A stretch of DNA of 64,000 nt from Sporichthyaceae bacterium (GTDB lineage Bacteria > Actinomycetota > Actinomycetes > JAKEEW01): positions 2,997 to 66,996 of the forward strand of contig JAKEEW010000721.1 in the NCBI GenBank assembly GCA_022616375.1. Reading direction: 5' to 3'. The notes below the pieces were generated by a model. It searched no databases, was not told the origin of the DNA, and worked only from the letters and a program-made list of their open reading frames with translations. Below, piece after piece: positions 8,821 through 20,204 of this stretch. The number at the start of each line of letters is the position of its first letter. The first letter of the stretch is position 1. A program made the translations under genes and the position numbers.

Positions 8821-10202
8821 GCACCGGTCCCGGCCCGGTTGACTACGCCTACGCCGGGCCTGCCGTCGACGGCGAATGGCACCGGCTGCATCCGCTGACC
8901 CCACTGGCCCGAGGCTGGACCGTGGTCGCCGCGGTGCTCGTGCTGCTCAGCCAGAATGCGGTCACCAGTGCCGACACCGGGCTGACCATGACCGGCATCG
9001 TGCTCGGCGCCGCGATCCTGATCGGACTCGTCTACGGCTTCTTGAGTTGGTATTTCACCCGCTACCGGATCGAGCCCGATGCATTGCGGCTGGAGACCGG
9101 CGTGCTGTTCCGGCGTTCCCGACAGGTCAGGTTGGACCGGCTGCAGGCGGTCGACGTGGTCCGCCCGCTGCTGGCCAGGCTGCTCGGGCTGGCCGAGCTG
9201 AGCCTCGAGGTGGCCGGCGGAAGCTCGAGCGAGGCGCCGCTGGCCTACCTGTCCGAGCGGCACGCCCAGGAGTTGCGGGCGACGCTGCTGGCTCGGGCCG
9301 CCGGGGTGAAACCGGACGCACCGGAGGCCGACGAGCAGGTGCTGGTGCGGGTGCCGCTGGGTGCGTTGGTCGGCTCCGTCATGCTGTCCGCGGGCACGAT
9401 GTTCGCGCTGCTCGTGGTGTTCGGCCTGGCCGCCAGCGCGATCTGGCAACCGGCGATCCTGATCGGTGGGCTGCCGGCCCTGATCGGTATCGTCACCACG
9501 CTGTTCCGCTCGTTCAGCAACGGTTTCGACTTCGTGGTGGCCGAGTCGGCGGACGGGCTGCGGCTGCGGCACGGGTTGCTCGAGCACCGCAGCCAGACCG
9601 TCCCGCCCGGCCGGGTGCAGGCGCTGCGGATCGTCCAACCGCTGCTGTGGCGCAGCCGCGACTGGGTCAAGGTCGAGGTGAACGTGGCCGGCTACTCGCC
9701 CGGCGTGGGCGAGGACGGCACCGCCCGCACCTCGGTGCTGTTGCCGGTCGCCCCCCGACCCACCGCGCTGGGCGTGATCAGCCGGGTGCTGCCCGGCGTC
9801 GAGCTCGATGCCGTGCCGCTGATCGGACTACCCAGGCGGGCCCGCTGGCTGCGACCGGTGACCTGGCCGAACGTGGCCTGCGGCGCGGACGGCTCGGTGT
9901 TCGTGTCCAGGCGGGGCCGGCTGCACCGAGTGCTTGACGTGATCCCGCACGGCAAGCCGCAGAGCCTGCGGCTGACCGCCGGCCCGCTGCAGCGCCGGCT
10001 CGACCTGGCTACCGTTCACCTGGACAGCACGCCTGGCCCGGTGCGGGTGCACGCGCCGGATCGGGACGCGGCCGAGGCGCGGCAGATCGTCGAGGTGCAG
10101 GCCGAGCGGGCCCGGGCGGCCCGCCGGCTGGCCGGCCCGGAGCGCTGGATGACCTCCAGCGCGCAGTCGGAACCCACCGGTGGGCCGGCCGATGCGGATT
10201 GA
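8817..10202 (+). CDS. PH-domain (three bPH_2 repeats, YdbT-like) membrane protein
   Basis: 461-aa ORF whose GTG overlaps the upstream stop (GTGA). TM pairs recur, each followed by a bPH_2-like segment (for example RVQALRIVQPLLWRSRDWVKVEV). Confidence 0.7.
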   Translation: MSTGPGPVDYAYAGPAVDGEWHRLHPLTPLARGWTVVAAVLVLLSQNAVTSADTGLTMTGIVLGAAILIGLVYGFLSWYFTRYRIEPDALRLETGVLFRRSRQVRLDRLQAVDVVRPLLARLLGLAELSLEVAGGSSSEAPLAYLSERHAQELRATLLARAAGVKPDAPEADEQVLVRVPLGALVGSVMLSAGTMFALLVVFGLAASAIWQPAILIGGLPALIGIVTTLFRSFSNGFDFVVAESADGLRLRHGLLEHRSQTVPPGRVQALRIVQPLLWRSRDWVKVEVNVAGYSPGVGEDGTARTSVLLPVAPRPTALGVISRVLPGVELDAVPLIGLPRRARWLRPVTWPNVACGADGSVFVSRRGRLHRVLDVIPHGKPQSLRLTAGPLQRRLDLATVHLDSTPGPVRVHAPDRDAAEARQIVEVQAERARAARRLAGPERWMTSSAQSEPTGGPADAD

Positions 10203-11376
10203 CGACCTCGACTTGACCGCGCCGGAGCTGATCGCGGACCCGTACCCGGTGCTGGCCGACCTGCGTGCGCAGACGCCGCTGGCCTGGCATCCACCTAGTG
10301 GCATGTACCTGGCCTTCGGCTACCACGCTTCCAACGCGTTGCTCAGGGATCGGCGGGCCGGCCGGCTCTGGCGGGACCGGCCGCCGGCCGAGCGGTTCGA
10401 GCCGTTCAACGCGCTGCACCGGCACCAGATGATGGAGAACGAGCCGCCCGAGCACACCAGGTTGCGCGGCCTGGTTGCCAAGGCGTTCGCCCGCGGCCAT
10501 GTGGAGCGGCTGCGACCGCGGGTGGTCGAGCTGGCCGACGAGCTGCTCGACCGGTTGCCCAGCCAGGGCGGCTTCGACCTGCTGGCCGACTTCGCCGGCC
10601 CGCTGCCGGTGGCGGTCATCGCCGAGCTGCTTGGCGTGCCGCCGGCGGATCGGGAGCTGCTGCGACCGTGGTCGAACGCGATCGTGAAGATGTACGAGTA
10701 CGAGCGAACCGACGCGGTGGAGACCCGGGCGGTCACCGCCGCGGCCGAGTTCGCCGACTACCTACGCGAACTGGCCACGGTCCGCCGGGCCCGGCCGGCC
10801 GACGACCTGGTCAGCCACTTGGCCGCGATCGAGGACGGCGGCACCAGGCTGTCCGAGGACGAGCTGGTGGCCTCGGCCATCCTGCTGCTCAATGCCGGCC
10901 ACGAGGCGTCGGTCAACGTGCTCGGCAACGGGATGGTCGCGCTGCTGCGGCACCCGACCGAGCTGGATCGGGTCCGCGCCGAGCCGAGCCTGATCGAGCC
11001 GGCGGTGGAGGAGATGATCAGGTATGACGCACCGCTACACCTGTTCGAGCGGACCGCTACCCAGGACCTGACCATCGGCGACGTGACGATCCGGGCCGGT
11101 GAGAAGGCGGCCGCGCTGCTCGGATCGGCCAACCGCGATCCGGCGGTGTTCGACGAGCCGGACCGGTTTGACGCCGGTCGTGATCCCAACCCGCACCTCG
11201 GTTTCGGTGCCGGGATCCACTTCTGCCTCGGTGCCCCGCTGGCCCGGGTCGAGCTGCAGGCCGCGGTGACCACACTGCTGCGCCGGTTCTCCCGGCTCGA
11301 GCTGGCCGAGCCGCCGGTGGTGCGGCCGACGTTCGTATTGCGCGGCTACCAGGAGGTCCGGGTCCGAGCGGGGTAG
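10192..11376 (+). CDS. cytochrome P450
   Basis: Heme-binding loop FGAGIHFCLGAPLAR, ExxR (EEMIRY) and I-helix LLLNAGHEAS. ATG 10192 is preferred; GTG 10180 is the alternative. Confidence 0.9.
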   Translation: MRIDDLDLTAPELIADPYPVLADLRAQTPLAWHPPSGMYLAFGYHASNALLRDRRAGRLWRDRPPAERFEPFNALHRHQMMENEPPEHTRLRGLVAKAFARGHVERLRPRVVELADELLDRLPSQGGFDLLADFAGPLPVAVIAELLGVPPADRELLRPWSNAIVKMYEYERTDAVETRAVTAAAEFADYLRELATVRRARPADDLVSHLAAIEDGGTRLSEDELVASAILLLNAGHEASVNVLGNGMVALLRHPTELDRVRAEPSLIEPAVEEMIRYDAPLHLFERTATQDLTIGDVTIRAGEKAAALLGSANRDPAVFDEPDRFDAGRDPNPHLGFGAGIHFCLGAPLARVELQAAVTTLLRRFSRLELAEPPVVRPTFVLRGYQEVRVRAG

Positions 11377-11393
11377 TGCTCGGGTTGGTTCGG

Positions 11394-12374
11394 CTATCGC
11401 CGCGCCATCAGCCAGCTGAAGCCGCCGAGTCCGTCCGGATCGCGAAGCTCGCCGATCTCGCTGGCGTGGGCCAGCTCGGCGACGTAGCTGCGCGGATCGG
11501 TGCGGGCCCGGTCCAGTGCCGGTCGCCCACCGGTCAGACCGAGGTCGGCCAGGGCCGCCCGCTGCGTGGTCAACCGGATCGAGGTCGCGCCGGCCAGGCG
11601 TGCCGCCGCCACGACCGAGTCGAACGCAACGTGCGCGGTTAGGTCGCACGAGCCGTCCGGGATCGGCGCCACCTGCCGCCCCCACCGAAAGCCGGTCAAT
11701 GTGCCGCCTGCTGGCCGGGTCTCGAGGTCATGCCCGTAGTCGATGGCGACGGCCAAACTGCCTGCCCCGAGCCCGCTGACCAGCGCGGCCCAGGCCTCAT
11801 CCCGGCCCCTGCCGACCTCGGCCCGCTGCCCGGCAGCCGCTGGCCACCACTGCTGTAGCCAATCCACGTCCTCGGCGGTTGGCTCGGGGCCGAGGATCTC
11901 CTCCCCGGTCTCGGGATGGACCAGGACCAGCCTGGGCACGCCGTGCGGGTCCACCTCGACCACGTCGATCGGAACGTTGTCCAGCCACTCGTTGGCGATC
12001 ACGAGCGCGGTCAGCCCGCCCGGCATGGTCCGCCGCCAGCTAATCGCCTCGGGAAGCTCGGCCGGTCGCTCGGCGACCTCGACCCCGAGCAGCCGCAGAC
12101 GCGGATCGAGCTCATGCAGGGCGGTGAGCAGCTCGCCCCGGCCGGCGCCGATGTCCACGACCGTGCGCAGCCGCTCCCGCTCGGCCAGCTGGAGCAGGGC
12201 CTCGGCGAACAGCGCAGACGCGTGGACCGAGGTGCGGAAGTGCGCCGCCGGCCCGGCCGGGTCACGGTAGAAGCCGCCTGGTCCGTACAGCGCCGCCGCC
12301 ATGGCCTCGCGCCACGGCAGATAGTCGGTCACCCCGCCGAACCTACCTGGTGCCCACGTGATCGCCGTTTCCAT
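11394..12374 (-). CDS. SAM-dependent methyltransferase, MidA/NDUFAF7-like (DUF185)
   Basis: SAM-binding motif VVDIGAGRGELL and the N-terminal pattern WREAMAAALYGPGGFY...HFRTSV resemble the DUF185 family. Start taken at ATG 12374 (METAITW); the ORF extends to 12434. Confidence 0.65.
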   Translation of the reverse strand: METAITWAPGRFGGVTDYLPWREAMAAALYGPGGFYRDPAGPAAHFRTSVHASALFAEALLQLAERERLRTVVDIGAGRGELLTALHELDPRLRLLGVEVAERPAELPEAISWRRTMPGGLTALVIANEWLDNVPIDVVEVDPHGVPRLVLVHPETGEEILGPEPTAEDVDWLQQWWPAAAGQRAEVGRGRDEAWAALVSGLGAGSLAVAIDYGHDLETRPAGGTLTGFRWGRQVAPIPDGSCDLTAHVAFDSVVAAARLAGATSIRLTTQRAALADLGLTGGRPALDRARTDPRSYVAELAHASEIGELRDPDGLGGFSWLMARR

Positions 12375-12522
12375 GATCGTTCTAGCGCGAATCCCCAGGT
12401 GAGTTCCAGAAGAGATCACGAAAACGGCGATCAAGGCTGCGGCAGGGTCGGCTGATCAATTAGACCGGGTACGCTCGGAAACCGTCCGGTACCCCGACGC
12501 GGACTGGAACGGATCGAACCTG

Positions 12523-13437
12523 GTGGACGAGTCGCTGGACCCCGCTGACCGACCGGCACGGCTGGCCGTCGGTGTGATCGGTGCCGGCCGGGTGGGAGCG
12601 GTGCTCGGCGCGGCGTTGCGGCGCGCCGGCCATCACGTGGTCGCGGTCTCGGCGGTCTCCGAGGCCAGCCGGCGGCGGGCCGAGGAGCTGCTCCCCGATG
12701 TTCCGCTGGCCGACCCGCAGGCGGTTGCCGAGCGCGCCGATCTGGTGCTGCTCACGGTTCCCGACGACGCGCTGGCCGACCTGGTGACCGGGCTGGCCGA
12801 GATCGGCGCGATCAGCAGCGGGCAGATCGTGGTGCACACCAGCGGCCGGTTCGGCTACTCGATCCTCGACCCGGCGCTCCCGGCCGGTGCGCTGCCGCTG
12901 GCGTTGCACCCGGTGATGACGTTCACCGGCACCAGCGTGGACCTGGACCGGCTGGTCGGCTGCTCGTTCGGGGTGACCGCGCCCGACCCGCTGCGACCGA
13001 TGGCCGAGGCGCTCGTCGTCGAGATGAGCGGGGAGCCGGAATGGATCGAGGAGCGGCACCGGCCGCTCTACCACGCCGCCCTCGCGATCGGCGCCAACCA
13101 CCTGGTCACCCTTGTCGCCGAGGCGCAGGATCTGCTGACCAGAGCCGGGGTGGAGCATCCGAGCCGGATGCTCGGCCCGCTGCTCGGCGCCGCGCTGGAC
13201 AATGCGCTGCGGGCCGGAGATGCCGCGCTCACCGGTCCGGTTGCGCGCGGTGATGCCGGCACTGTTGCGGTTCATATCAACGAGCTCAGTCACGTCTCGC
13301 GGGAGGCGCTGGCCGCCTACCTAGCCATGTCCCGGCTCACCGCGGACCGGGCGCTGGCGGCCGGGTTGCTCGACCCGGCGCGGGCCGAGCAACTGCTCGA
13401 CGTGCTGGCCGATCGCGCCAACGGCGCCCGGGCATGA
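12523..13437 (+). CDS. Rossmann-fold NAD(P)-binding protein with DUF2520-type C-terminus
   Basis: 304-aa ORF with the dinucleotide fold [14 protein letters not shown]. Conserved directly upstream of panC in Actinobacteria (from memory). The panC start overlaps its stop. Confidence 0.65.
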   Translation: MDESLDPADRPARLAVGVIGAGRVGAVLGAALRRAGHHVVAVSAVSEASRRRAEELLPDVPLADPQAVAERADLVLLTVPDDALADLVTGLAEIGAISSGQIVVHTSGRFGYSILDPALPAGALPLALHPVMTFTGTSVDLDRLVGCSFGVTAPDPLRPMAEALVVEMSGEPEWIEERHRPLYHAALAIGANHLVTLVAEAQDLLTRAGVEHPSRMLGPLLGAALDNALRAGDAALTGPVARGDAGTVAVHINELSHVSREALAAYLAMSRLTADRALAAGLLDPARAEQLLDVLADRANGARA

Positions 13438-14321
13438 GCCGGTCGCCCGCCTCGACACCGGCTCCGGTGGTGGTCCGGACCCGGGCGGAGCTGGCCGCGG
13501 CCCGGGCCGCACTCGAGCCGGCCACGGTCGCGCTGGTGCCGACCCTGGGCGCGCTGCATGCCGGGCACCGCGCGCTGCTTGACCGGGCGGCGGAGCTGGC
13601 CGAGCGGGTGGTGGTGAGCATCTTCGTCAACCCGCTGCAGTTCGGCCCGGCCGAGGACTTCAACCGCTACCCGCGCACCCTGGATGCCGACCTGGCGATG
13701 TGCGCCGAGGCCGGCGCGGCGCTGGTGTTCGTGCCGAGTGTCGAACAGATGTATGCCGATACCGGCGGCATCGCGGTCACGGTCGAGCCGGGCGAGCTCG
13801 GCCGGATGCTCGAGGGCGCGTCGCGGCCCGGCCACTTCGCCGGCGTATTGACCGTGGTGGCCAAACTGTTCCACCTGTTCCGGCCAGACGTTGCGGTGTT
13901 CGGCCAGAAGGACGCGCAGCAGCTGGTGCTGATCCGCCGGATGGTGGCCGACCTGGACTTCCCGGTACGGATCGAGGAGCTGACCACGGTACGGGAGCCG
14001 GACGGGCTCGCGCTGTCCAGCCGCAACCGCTACCTATCGACGGCCGAACGGCGAACCGCGCTCGCGCTGTCCCGGGCGCTGTGGGCCGGATCCGCGCAGA
14101 CCGAGCAGGCGGCGGTGCTGGCCGCGGCCGCCGAAGTGCTTGCCGAGGCCGCGACCGCGGACCCGCCACTGCAGCTGGACTACCTGGCGTTGGTCGATCC
14201 GAACGACCTGAGCGAGCTGGCGCCGGACTACGTGGGCGAGGCGTTCCTGGCGATCGCCGCCAAGGTCGGCACGACCCGGCTCATCGACAATGCCCGGATC
14301 AAGATCGGACCCGGGCCATGA
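13434..14321 (+). CDS. panC: pantoate--beta-alanine ligase
   Basis: 295-aa ORF with the HIGH-like motif [10 protein letters not shown] and [18 protein letters not shown] blocks. Confidence 0.93.
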   Translation: MSRSPASTPAPVVVRTRAELAAARAALEPATVALVPTLGALHAGHRALLDRAAELAERVVVSIFVNPLQFGPAEDFNRYPRTLDADLAMCAEAGAALVFVPSVEQMYADTGGIAVTVEPGELGRMLEGASRPGHFAGVLTVVAKLFHLFRPDVAVFGQKDAQQLVLIRRMVADLDFPVRIEELTTVREPDGLALSSRNRYLSTAERRTALALSRALWAGSAQTEQAAVLAAAAEVLAEAATADPPLQLDYLALVDPNDLSELAPDYVGEAFLAIAAKVGTTRLIDNARIKIGPGP

Positions 14322-16987
14322 CCGATCCGCACGCCCAGGCCGGGCCGCAGCCCCAGCCCCAGCCGCAGCGCCAGCCGCAGCACCAGCCGCAGCGCCAGCC
14401 TCGGCCGCAGCCCCAGCCTCAGCCGTTGCCGAGCCGGCTGCTCGCTCCGGCGCCCGGTTGGACCGCGCGGGCCGACGTCGTGGTGATCGGCTCGGGCATC
14501 GCCGGCCTGACCACCGCGCTGCGGGCTGCCGCCGACGGCACCGTGCTGGTCGTGACCAAGGATGTGCTGTCGGCCGGATCGACCCGGTGGGCGCAGGGCG
14601 GGATCGCGGCCGCGCTCGGCCCGACCGACTCGCCGGCGCAGCACCGGGACGACACGCTGACCGCCGGGGTCGGGCTGTGTGACGAGGCCGCTGTGGAGCT
14701 GCTGGTCACCGAGGGTCCGGGTGCGGTGCGCCGGCTGATCGAGATCGGCGCGCGGTTCGACCTGGCCGCGGACGGCTCGCTGGCGCTGACCAGGGAGGGC
14801 GGGCACCACCAGCGCCGGGTCGCGCACGCCGGCGGAGACGCCACCGGTGCGGAGATCCAGCGTGCACTGGTCGCCGCGGTGCGCGGAGCCGGCCGGATCG
14901 AGGTGATCGAGCACGCCCTCGTGCTCGACCTGGTGACCGACGCCGCCGGGCGGGTCGCCGGGGTCACGCTGCACGTGATGGGCGAAGGCCAGCGCGACGG
15001 GGTCGGCTGCATCGAGGCCGGTGCGGTCGTGCTGGCCACCGGCGGGATGGGCCAGGTCTTCTCGGCCACCACGAACCCGATTGTGTCCACCGGAGATGGG
15101 GTGGCACTCGCCCTGCGGGCCGGTGCGGTGGTGCGCGACCTGGAGTTCGTGCAGTTCCATCCGACCGTGCTGTGGCTCGGACCAGGCGCGCGCGGCCAGC
15201 AGCCGCTGGTCTCCGAGGCGGTCCGCGGCGAGGGCGCGGTCCTGGTCGATATGCACGGGCAGCGGTTCATGACCGGCGTACACCCACTTGCCGACCTGGC
15301 ACCGCGAGACGTGGTGGCCAGGGCGATCACTCAGCGAATGCGGGAGACCGGCGCGGACTGCGTGTTTCTGGACGCCCGCGAGTTCGGCGAACAGATGTGG
15401 CGGGTCAGGTTCCCGACGATCCTGGCCAGCTGCCGGGAGCACGGCATCGACCCGGTGACCGAGCTGATCCCGGTCGCCCCGGCCAGCCACTACGCCAGCG
15501 GCGGAGTCCGGACCGACCTGTCCGGCCACACCTCGGTGCCCGGGCTCTACGCCTGCGGTGAGGTGGCCTGCACCGGCGTGCACGGCGCCAACCGGCTGGC
15601 GTCGAACTCGCTGCTCGAAGGTCTAGTGTTCGCCGACCGGATCGCCGCGGACATCCACCGAACCAGATCCACGCCGGCGGTTGCCGCACCCACCGCCGCC
15701 GCCGCCCAACCTACGGCCGCGGTCGCCCAACCCACGGCCGCGGGGACTGCCGGGCTGTTCGACGCGCAGATCCGTGGCCCGCTGCAGCGGGCGATGACCG
15801 CGGGTGCCGGGGTGCTGCGCAGCCGGCGGTTGCTTGGTGAGACGCTGCGTGCCCTGGTCGAGCTGCGCCGCCGGCCAAGCCGGCAGCCATGCACGGAGAC
15901 CTGGGAGGCCACCAACCTGCTGACCGTGGCGACCGCACTGGCCAGTGCGGCGCGGTTCCGCGAGGAGACCCGAGGCTCGCACTGGCGGCAGGACTTCCCG
16001 GATCGGGATGACCGGCGCTGGCTCGGCCACCTCGATCTGACCCTGCGGGAAGGGACCGTCATGATGCACTACCAGCCGAAGGACACCCCAGGTCAGCACG
16101 ATGAGCTACCGGCCAGCCTGGATGCCGAGCTCACCGCGGCCGGGTTGGCGCCGGCACAGGTCTGGTCGCTGGCCAGTGCCGCGATCGAGGAGGACCTGGC
16201 CGGCGGCGTCGACGTCACCAGCGCCGCCACTGTCCCGGTCGAGCACATCGCGACGGCCGACTTCGTCGCCCGCGCCGACGGCGTGGTAGCCGGGCTCCCG
16301 GTGGCTGAAGCGGTGATCCAGTACGTCAGCCAGTTCCGGGCCCAGGTCGACCGCAAGGTCGCGGACGGAGACCAGGTCCACCGCGGCGACGTGCTGATGA
16401 CCGTCACCGGCCGGACCCGCGATCTGCTCACCGCCGAACGCAGCGCGCTCAACCTGCTGTGTTACCTGTCCGGGGTGGCCACCCACACCCGCCGCTGGGT
16501 CGACGCGGTGGCCGGCACCGGCGCGGTCGTCCGGGACACCCGCAAGACCATTCCTGGGCTGCGTGCGCTGGCCAAGTACGCGGTGCGCTGCGGCGGCGGG
16601 CAGAACCACCGGATGTCGCTCGCCGACGCCGCACTGGTCAAGGACAACCATGTGATCGCGGCGGGCGGCATCGTCGAGGCGTTTCACGCGGTCCGGGCCG
16701 CCCAGCCGACGCTGCCGGTCGAGGTCGAGGCCGATTCGGTCGAGGCTGCGGTGGACGCGGTCGAGGCCGGGGCGCAACTGGTGCTGCTGGACAACATGTC
16801 GGTCGACGAGATGCGCGCCGCGGTAAAGCGGGTGGGTGGCCGGGCAAAGCTCGAGGCCAGCGGCGGGTTGACGTTGGCCGGCGCCAGGGCGGTGGCCGAG
16901 ACTGGAGTGGACTACCTTGCGGTGGGTGCTTTGACCCACTCTGCGCCTATCCTCGACATTGCCTGCGACCTGCGGGAGAAGGCTTAG
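14318..16987 (+). CDS. nadB: L-aspartate oxidase (NadB) continuing in frame, without a stop, into nicotinate-nucleotide pyrophosphorylase (NadC)
   Basis: ATG 14318 overlaps the panC stop. NadB blocks: [43 protein letters not shown]. From about 16100, NadC blocks: [30 protein letters not shown]. No stop codon falls in this frame between them. The N-terminal ~35 aa are a PQ-rich run, so the true start is uncertain. Confidence 0.75.
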   Translation: MTDPHAQAGPQPQPQPQRQPQHQPQRQPRPQPQPQPLPSRLLAPAPGWTARADVVVIGSGIAGLTTALRAAADGTVLVVTKDVLSAGSTRWAQGGIAAALGPTDSPAQHRDDTLTAGVGLCDEAAVELLVTEGPGAVRRLIEIGARFDLAADGSLALTREGGHHQRRVAHAGGDATGAEIQRALVAAVRGAGRIEVIEHALVLDLVTDAAGRVAGVTLHVMGEGQRDGVGCIEAGAVVLATGGMGQVFSATTNPIVSTGDGVALALRAGAVVRDLEFVQFHPTVLWLGPGARGQQPLVSEAVRGEGAVLVDMHGQRFMTGVHPLADLAPRDVVARAITQRMRETGADCVFLDAREFGEQMWRVRFPTILASCREHGIDPVTELIPVAPASHYASGGVRTDLSGHTSVPGLYACGEVACTGVHGANRLASNSLLEGLVFADRIAADIHRTRSTPAVAAPTAAAAQPTAAVAQPTAAGTAGLFDAQIRGPLQRAMTAGAGVLRSRRLLGETLRALVELRRRPSRQPCTETWEATNLLTVATALASAARFREETRGSHWRQDFPDRDDRRWLGHLDLTLREGTVMMHYQPKDTPGQHDELPASLDAELTAAGLAPAQVWSLASAAIEEDLAGGVDVTSAATVPVEHIATADFVARADGVVAGLPVAEAVIQYVSQFRAQVDRKVADGDQVHRGDVLMTVTGRTRDLLTAERSALNLLCYLSGVATHTRRWVDAVAGTGAVVRDTRKTIPGLRALAKYAVRCGGGQNHRMSLADAALVKDNHVIAAGGIVEAFHAVRAAQPTLPVEVEADSVEAAVDAVEAGAQLVLLDNMSVDEMRAAVKRVGGRAKLEASGGLTLAGARAVAETGVDYLAVGALTHSAPILDIACDLREKA
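16061..16987 (+). other. nadC: NadC (quinolinate phosphoribosyltransferase) domain of the fused ORF; possible internal start
   Basis: In-frame ATG ATG at 16061-16066 lies ~15 codons before the first NadC-like residues ([14 protein letters not shown]). Independent translation is possible but unproven. Confidence 0.6.
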
Positions 16988-16990
16988 GCC

Positions 16991-17812
16991 ATGCTGCTGA
17001 CCATCGACGTGGGGAACACCCACACCGTGCTTGGCCTGTTCGACGGTGACGACATCGTCGAGCACTGGCGGGTGTCCACTGACGCTCGGCGCACGGCCGA
17101 CGAGCTTGCGGTAGTGATCCACGGCCTGCTCTCGCAGTATCCGGTGGCCGGCGGCGCCGACGTGAGCGGGATCGCGCTGTGTTCAACGGTGCCGTCGGTG
17201 CTGCATGAGATGCGCGAGATGTGCCGGCGTTACTACGGCGACGTGCCATCGGTGATTGTCGAACCGGGGGTGAAGACCGGGGTGCCGGTGCTGACCGACA
17301 ACCCCAAGGAGGTTGGCACCGACCGGGTAGTGAACGCGGCAGCCGCGGTGGAGCTCTATGGTGGGCCGTGTGTCGTGGTGGACTTCGGCACCGCGACCAC
17401 ATTCGACGCGATCAGCGCCAAGGGTGAGCTGCTCGGCTGCGCGATCGCGCCCGGTATCGAGATCTCGGTAGACGCGCTCGGCGCCCGCGGTGCCCAGCTG
17501 CGCAAGGTGGAGATCGCCCGGCCGCGCGCGGTCATCGGCAAGAACACCGTGGAATCGCTGCAGTCCGGGATTCTCTACGGTTTCGCCGGCCAGGTGGACG
17601 GGCTGGTGGAGCGGATGAGCGCGGAGCTGTCCGAGGACCCGGACGAGGTCACCGTGGTGGCGACCGGCGGTCTGGCCATCATGGTGCTGGACGAGGCGAA
17701 CGGGATCGACGTGCACGAGCCGTGGTTGACCCTGATCGGCCTGCGCCTGGTATACGAGCGCAACGTCGGAGTGTCCTCGCCCCAGGTGAGCGCGGTGCCA
17801 CCCGGGGCATGA
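16991..17812 (+). CDS. coaX: type III pantothenate kinase
   Basis: 273-aa ORF with LLTIDVGNTHTVLG and VVVDFGTATTFD, the ASKHA-fold motifs of CoaX. Confidence 0.92.
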   Translation: MLLTIDVGNTHTVLGLFDGDDIVEHWRVSTDARRTADELAVVIHGLLSQYPVAGGADVSGIALCSTVPSVLHEMREMCRRYYGDVPSVIVEPGVKTGVPVLTDNPKEVGTDRVVNAAAAVELYGGPCVVVDFGTATTFDAISAKGELLGCAIAPGIEISVDALGARGAQLRKVEIARPRAVIGKNTVESLQSGILYGFAGQVDGLVERMSAELSEDPDEVTVVATGGLAIMVLDEANGIDVHEPWLTLIGLRLVYERNVGVSSPQVSAVPPGA

Positions 17813-17821
17813 CCCGCGGGG

Positions 17822-18130
17822 TCAGTCCAGCAACACCGGGTGGATCCAGCCGGCCCGTTCCAGGGCCGGGCGCACCGCCGGCCCGATCGCGGCCAGGTCG
17901 ACGAAGTAGCCCTCGGCCTGCCCCCGCGCGCGCAGCGCGTTGAGGAAGCCGATCCCGGCCGGCCCGAGGCTGGTCGCCTCGTGGGTGTCCACGACCACCC
18001 TGGGCGGTTCGTGCACCGAAACCTCTTCGAGCGCGGCATCCAGCTCGGGCTGCATCGCCTCGTCGATGTCTCCGGTAAGGAAGACCACGATCTCCAAGCT
18101 GCCCCGGTCCACGACCTGGACTGCTCCCAT
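17822..18130 (-). CDS. STAS-domain protein (anti-sigma-factor antagonist-like)
   Basis: 102 aa from ATG 18130 (MGAVQVVDRGSLEIVVFLTGDID...VVDTHEATSLGPAGIGFLNAL), a typical SpoIIAA/STAS pattern. The longer tracked ORF adds a Cys/Arg-rich, noncoding-looking extension. Confidence 0.6.
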   Translation of the reverse strand: MGAVQVVDRGSLEIVVFLTGDIDEAMQPELDAALEEVSVHEPPRVVVDTHEATSLGPAGIGFLNALRARGQAEGYFVDLAAIGPAVRPALERAGWIHPVLLD

Positions 18131-18313
18131 GACCGACCACCTCCACGGACAACTGCGGCAACAGCCGCCAAACCGGCCGGCGGATGACGTTTCCCTGCAG
18201 CACCTAGCGAAGCCGGGTGGCCGCCACGCCGTCAACCGCCCACGGCCAGGCGCTCCGCCCGTCCCCCGGAAACCCAGCGGCAGCTAGGCTGCCCGGACGA
18301 CTAGCCTTGACCC

Positions 18314-19879
18314 GTGAACGATCTGCCGCCCAGCTCCCAGCTCCCGCCCGATGACGTGCCCGAGCAGGTGCAGATCCGGCGGGACAAGCGGGACCGGCTG
18401 CTGGCCGGTGGGGTCGAGCCGTATCCGGTCGGGTTCCCGCGGACCCATACGGTTGCCGAGGTCCGGCAGAAGTACGGCGAGCTCGGCCCGGACACCCGGA
18501 CCGGAGATCGGGTCGGGATCACCGGCCGCGTGATGCTCAACCGCATTGGCGGAAAGCTGTCATTTGCCACGCTTCGTGACGGTGCGACCGATATTCAGGT
18601 GATGCTCTCCCTCGATACGCTCGGTGAGCAGTCCCTGGCCGACTGGAAGCTGAACGTTGACCTCGGAGACTTGATCGGGGTCCAGGGCGAGGTCATCACC
18701 TCCCGGCGCGGGGAGCTGTCCGTGCTGGCGGATCGCTGGGAGATCACCGCGAAGTGCCTGCGGCCACTCCCGGAGAAGCACAAGGGCCTCACCGATCCGG
18801 AGGCGAGGGTGCGGCAGCGCTATCTCGACCTGATCGTCAATACCGAGGCCAGGCAGGCCCTGATCCAGCGCAGTGAGCTCGTGAGCGCGCTTCGGGACTC
18901 CTGTCATCGCCGCGGATTCATCGAGGTCGAGACGCCGATGTTGCAGACACTGCACGGCGGCGCCACTGCCCGGCCATTCATCACGCACATCAATACCTAC
19001 CATCTCGATCTGTATCTGCGGATCGCGCCCGAGCTGTTCCTCAAGCGGCTGCTGGTCGGCGGAATCGAGAAGGTGTTCGAGATCAACCGCAATTTCCGGA
19101 ACGAGGGCGTGGACGCCACCCATAATCCGGAGTTCACCATGCTCGAGGCGTACCAGGCCTACGGCGACTACAACACCATGGCCGCGTTCACCAGGGAGTT
19201 GGTGCAGGAGGCCGCCGAGCGCTTGTTCGGTCGGCAGGTAGTGCGGCATTTCGACGGCACCGAGCATGACTTCAGTGGGGAATGGGCCTCGATCACCATG
19301 TATGGCTCGGTCAGTGCCGCGGTCGGCGCGGAGATCACCCCGGATACCCCTTACGAGCGCTTGGTCCACTTCGCCACCGCCCACGGAATCGAGCTCGATC
19401 CGACCTGGGGGCCCGGCCGGTTGGTCGAGGAACTCTTCGAGGTCGAAGTCGCCCCGCGGCTTCAGGCGCCTACCTTTGTCCGTGACTTTCCGGCCGAGAC
19501 CACGCCGTTGACCCGGGCGCACCGGGAAATCCCCGGGCTGACCGAGAAGTGGGACCTGTATTTCCGCGGCGTCGAACTCGCCACCGCATACTCCGAGCTG
19601 GCCGACCCGGTGGAGCAGCGGGAGCGGTTCGTCGCGCAGTCCCTGCTCACGGCCCAGGGCGACCCGGAGGCGATGCACCTGGACGAGGACTTCCTGCGGG
19701 CGCTGGAATACGGGATGCCACCGGCCGGCGGAATGGGCATGGGCATCGACCGGCTCCTGATGGCCCTTACCGGATTGTCGACCGTGCGCGAAACAATTCC
19801 GTTCCCGCTGGTCAAGCCGGCGTCGTCCGGTCGCCCTGGAAGCCGGTCGGACGAGTCGACCGATGGCGAGCCGGAGTAG
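18314..19879 (+). CDS. lysS: lysine--tRNA ligase, class II
   Basis: 521-aa ORF with an OB-fold N-domain and class II motifs (FRNEG, GMGIDRL). Confidence 0.95.
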   Translation: MNDLPPSSQLPPDDVPEQVQIRRDKRDRLLAGGVEPYPVGFPRTHTVAEVRQKYGELGPDTRTGDRVGITGRVMLNRIGGKLSFATLRDGATDIQVMLSLDTLGEQSLADWKLNVDLGDLIGVQGEVITSRRGELSVLADRWEITAKCLRPLPEKHKGLTDPEARVRQRYLDLIVNTEARQALIQRSELVSALRDSCHRRGFIEVETPMLQTLHGGATARPFITHINTYHLDLYLRIAPELFLKRLLVGGIEKVFEINRNFRNEGVDATHNPEFTMLEAYQAYGDYNTMAAFTRELVQEAAERLFGRQVVRHFDGTEHDFSGEWASITMYGSVSAAVGAEITPDTPYERLVHFATAHGIELDPTWGPGRLVEELFEVEVAPRLQAPTFVRDFPAETTPLTRAHREIPGLTEKWDLYFRGVELATAYSELADPVEQRERFVAQSLLTAQGDPEAMHLDEDFLRALEYGMPPAGGMGMGIDRLLMALTGLSTVRETIPFPLVKPASSGRPGSRSDESTDGEPE

Positions 19880-19884
19880 TTCTG

Positions 19885-20013
19885 ATGGACATTGTCGCGG
19901 GCCTGCTTCCTTCAGCCGTCGTACTCGCCGCGTTCGTGCTGCTCATCATTACCCTGGTGCGGTCGTCCAACGGCGGTTCCGACGAGCGCCAAGACCGGCA
20001 CTCGGACGGCTGA
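19885..20013 (+). CDS. possible 42-aa single-TM protein
   Basis: ATG 19885 lies 6 nt after the lysS stop. MDIVAGLLPSAVVLAAFVLLIITLVRSSNGGSDERQDRHSDG is a hydrophobic helix plus a charged tail. No other support. Confidence 0.3.
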   Translation: MDIVAGLLPSAVVLAAFVLLIITLVRSSNGGSDERQDRHSDG

Positions 20014-20204
20014 AGTAGCTGCGCTCGGTAGTCGAATCGCAGCACGCTGCTGTGCGGTTGTGCGAGTACCGAACGAATAATCCGGGAACTTGCCGTCCGA
20101 ACCGCACTTTCTCGGTAGAACTCATTGCGTCTTTCCGGACCGCGCGCGTATCTTTTCAGGCGGCAGGTTATTCAGCACGGGGCCAGATGTTAGAGGAACG
20201 GTGT

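Noticed and set aside
13700-14317. N-terminal 206 codons of the 1095-aa tracked ORF that reaches nadB/nadC
   Set aside because: This part overlaps panC in another frame and translates to Arg/Gly-rich nonsense. The coding signal starts at ATG 14318.
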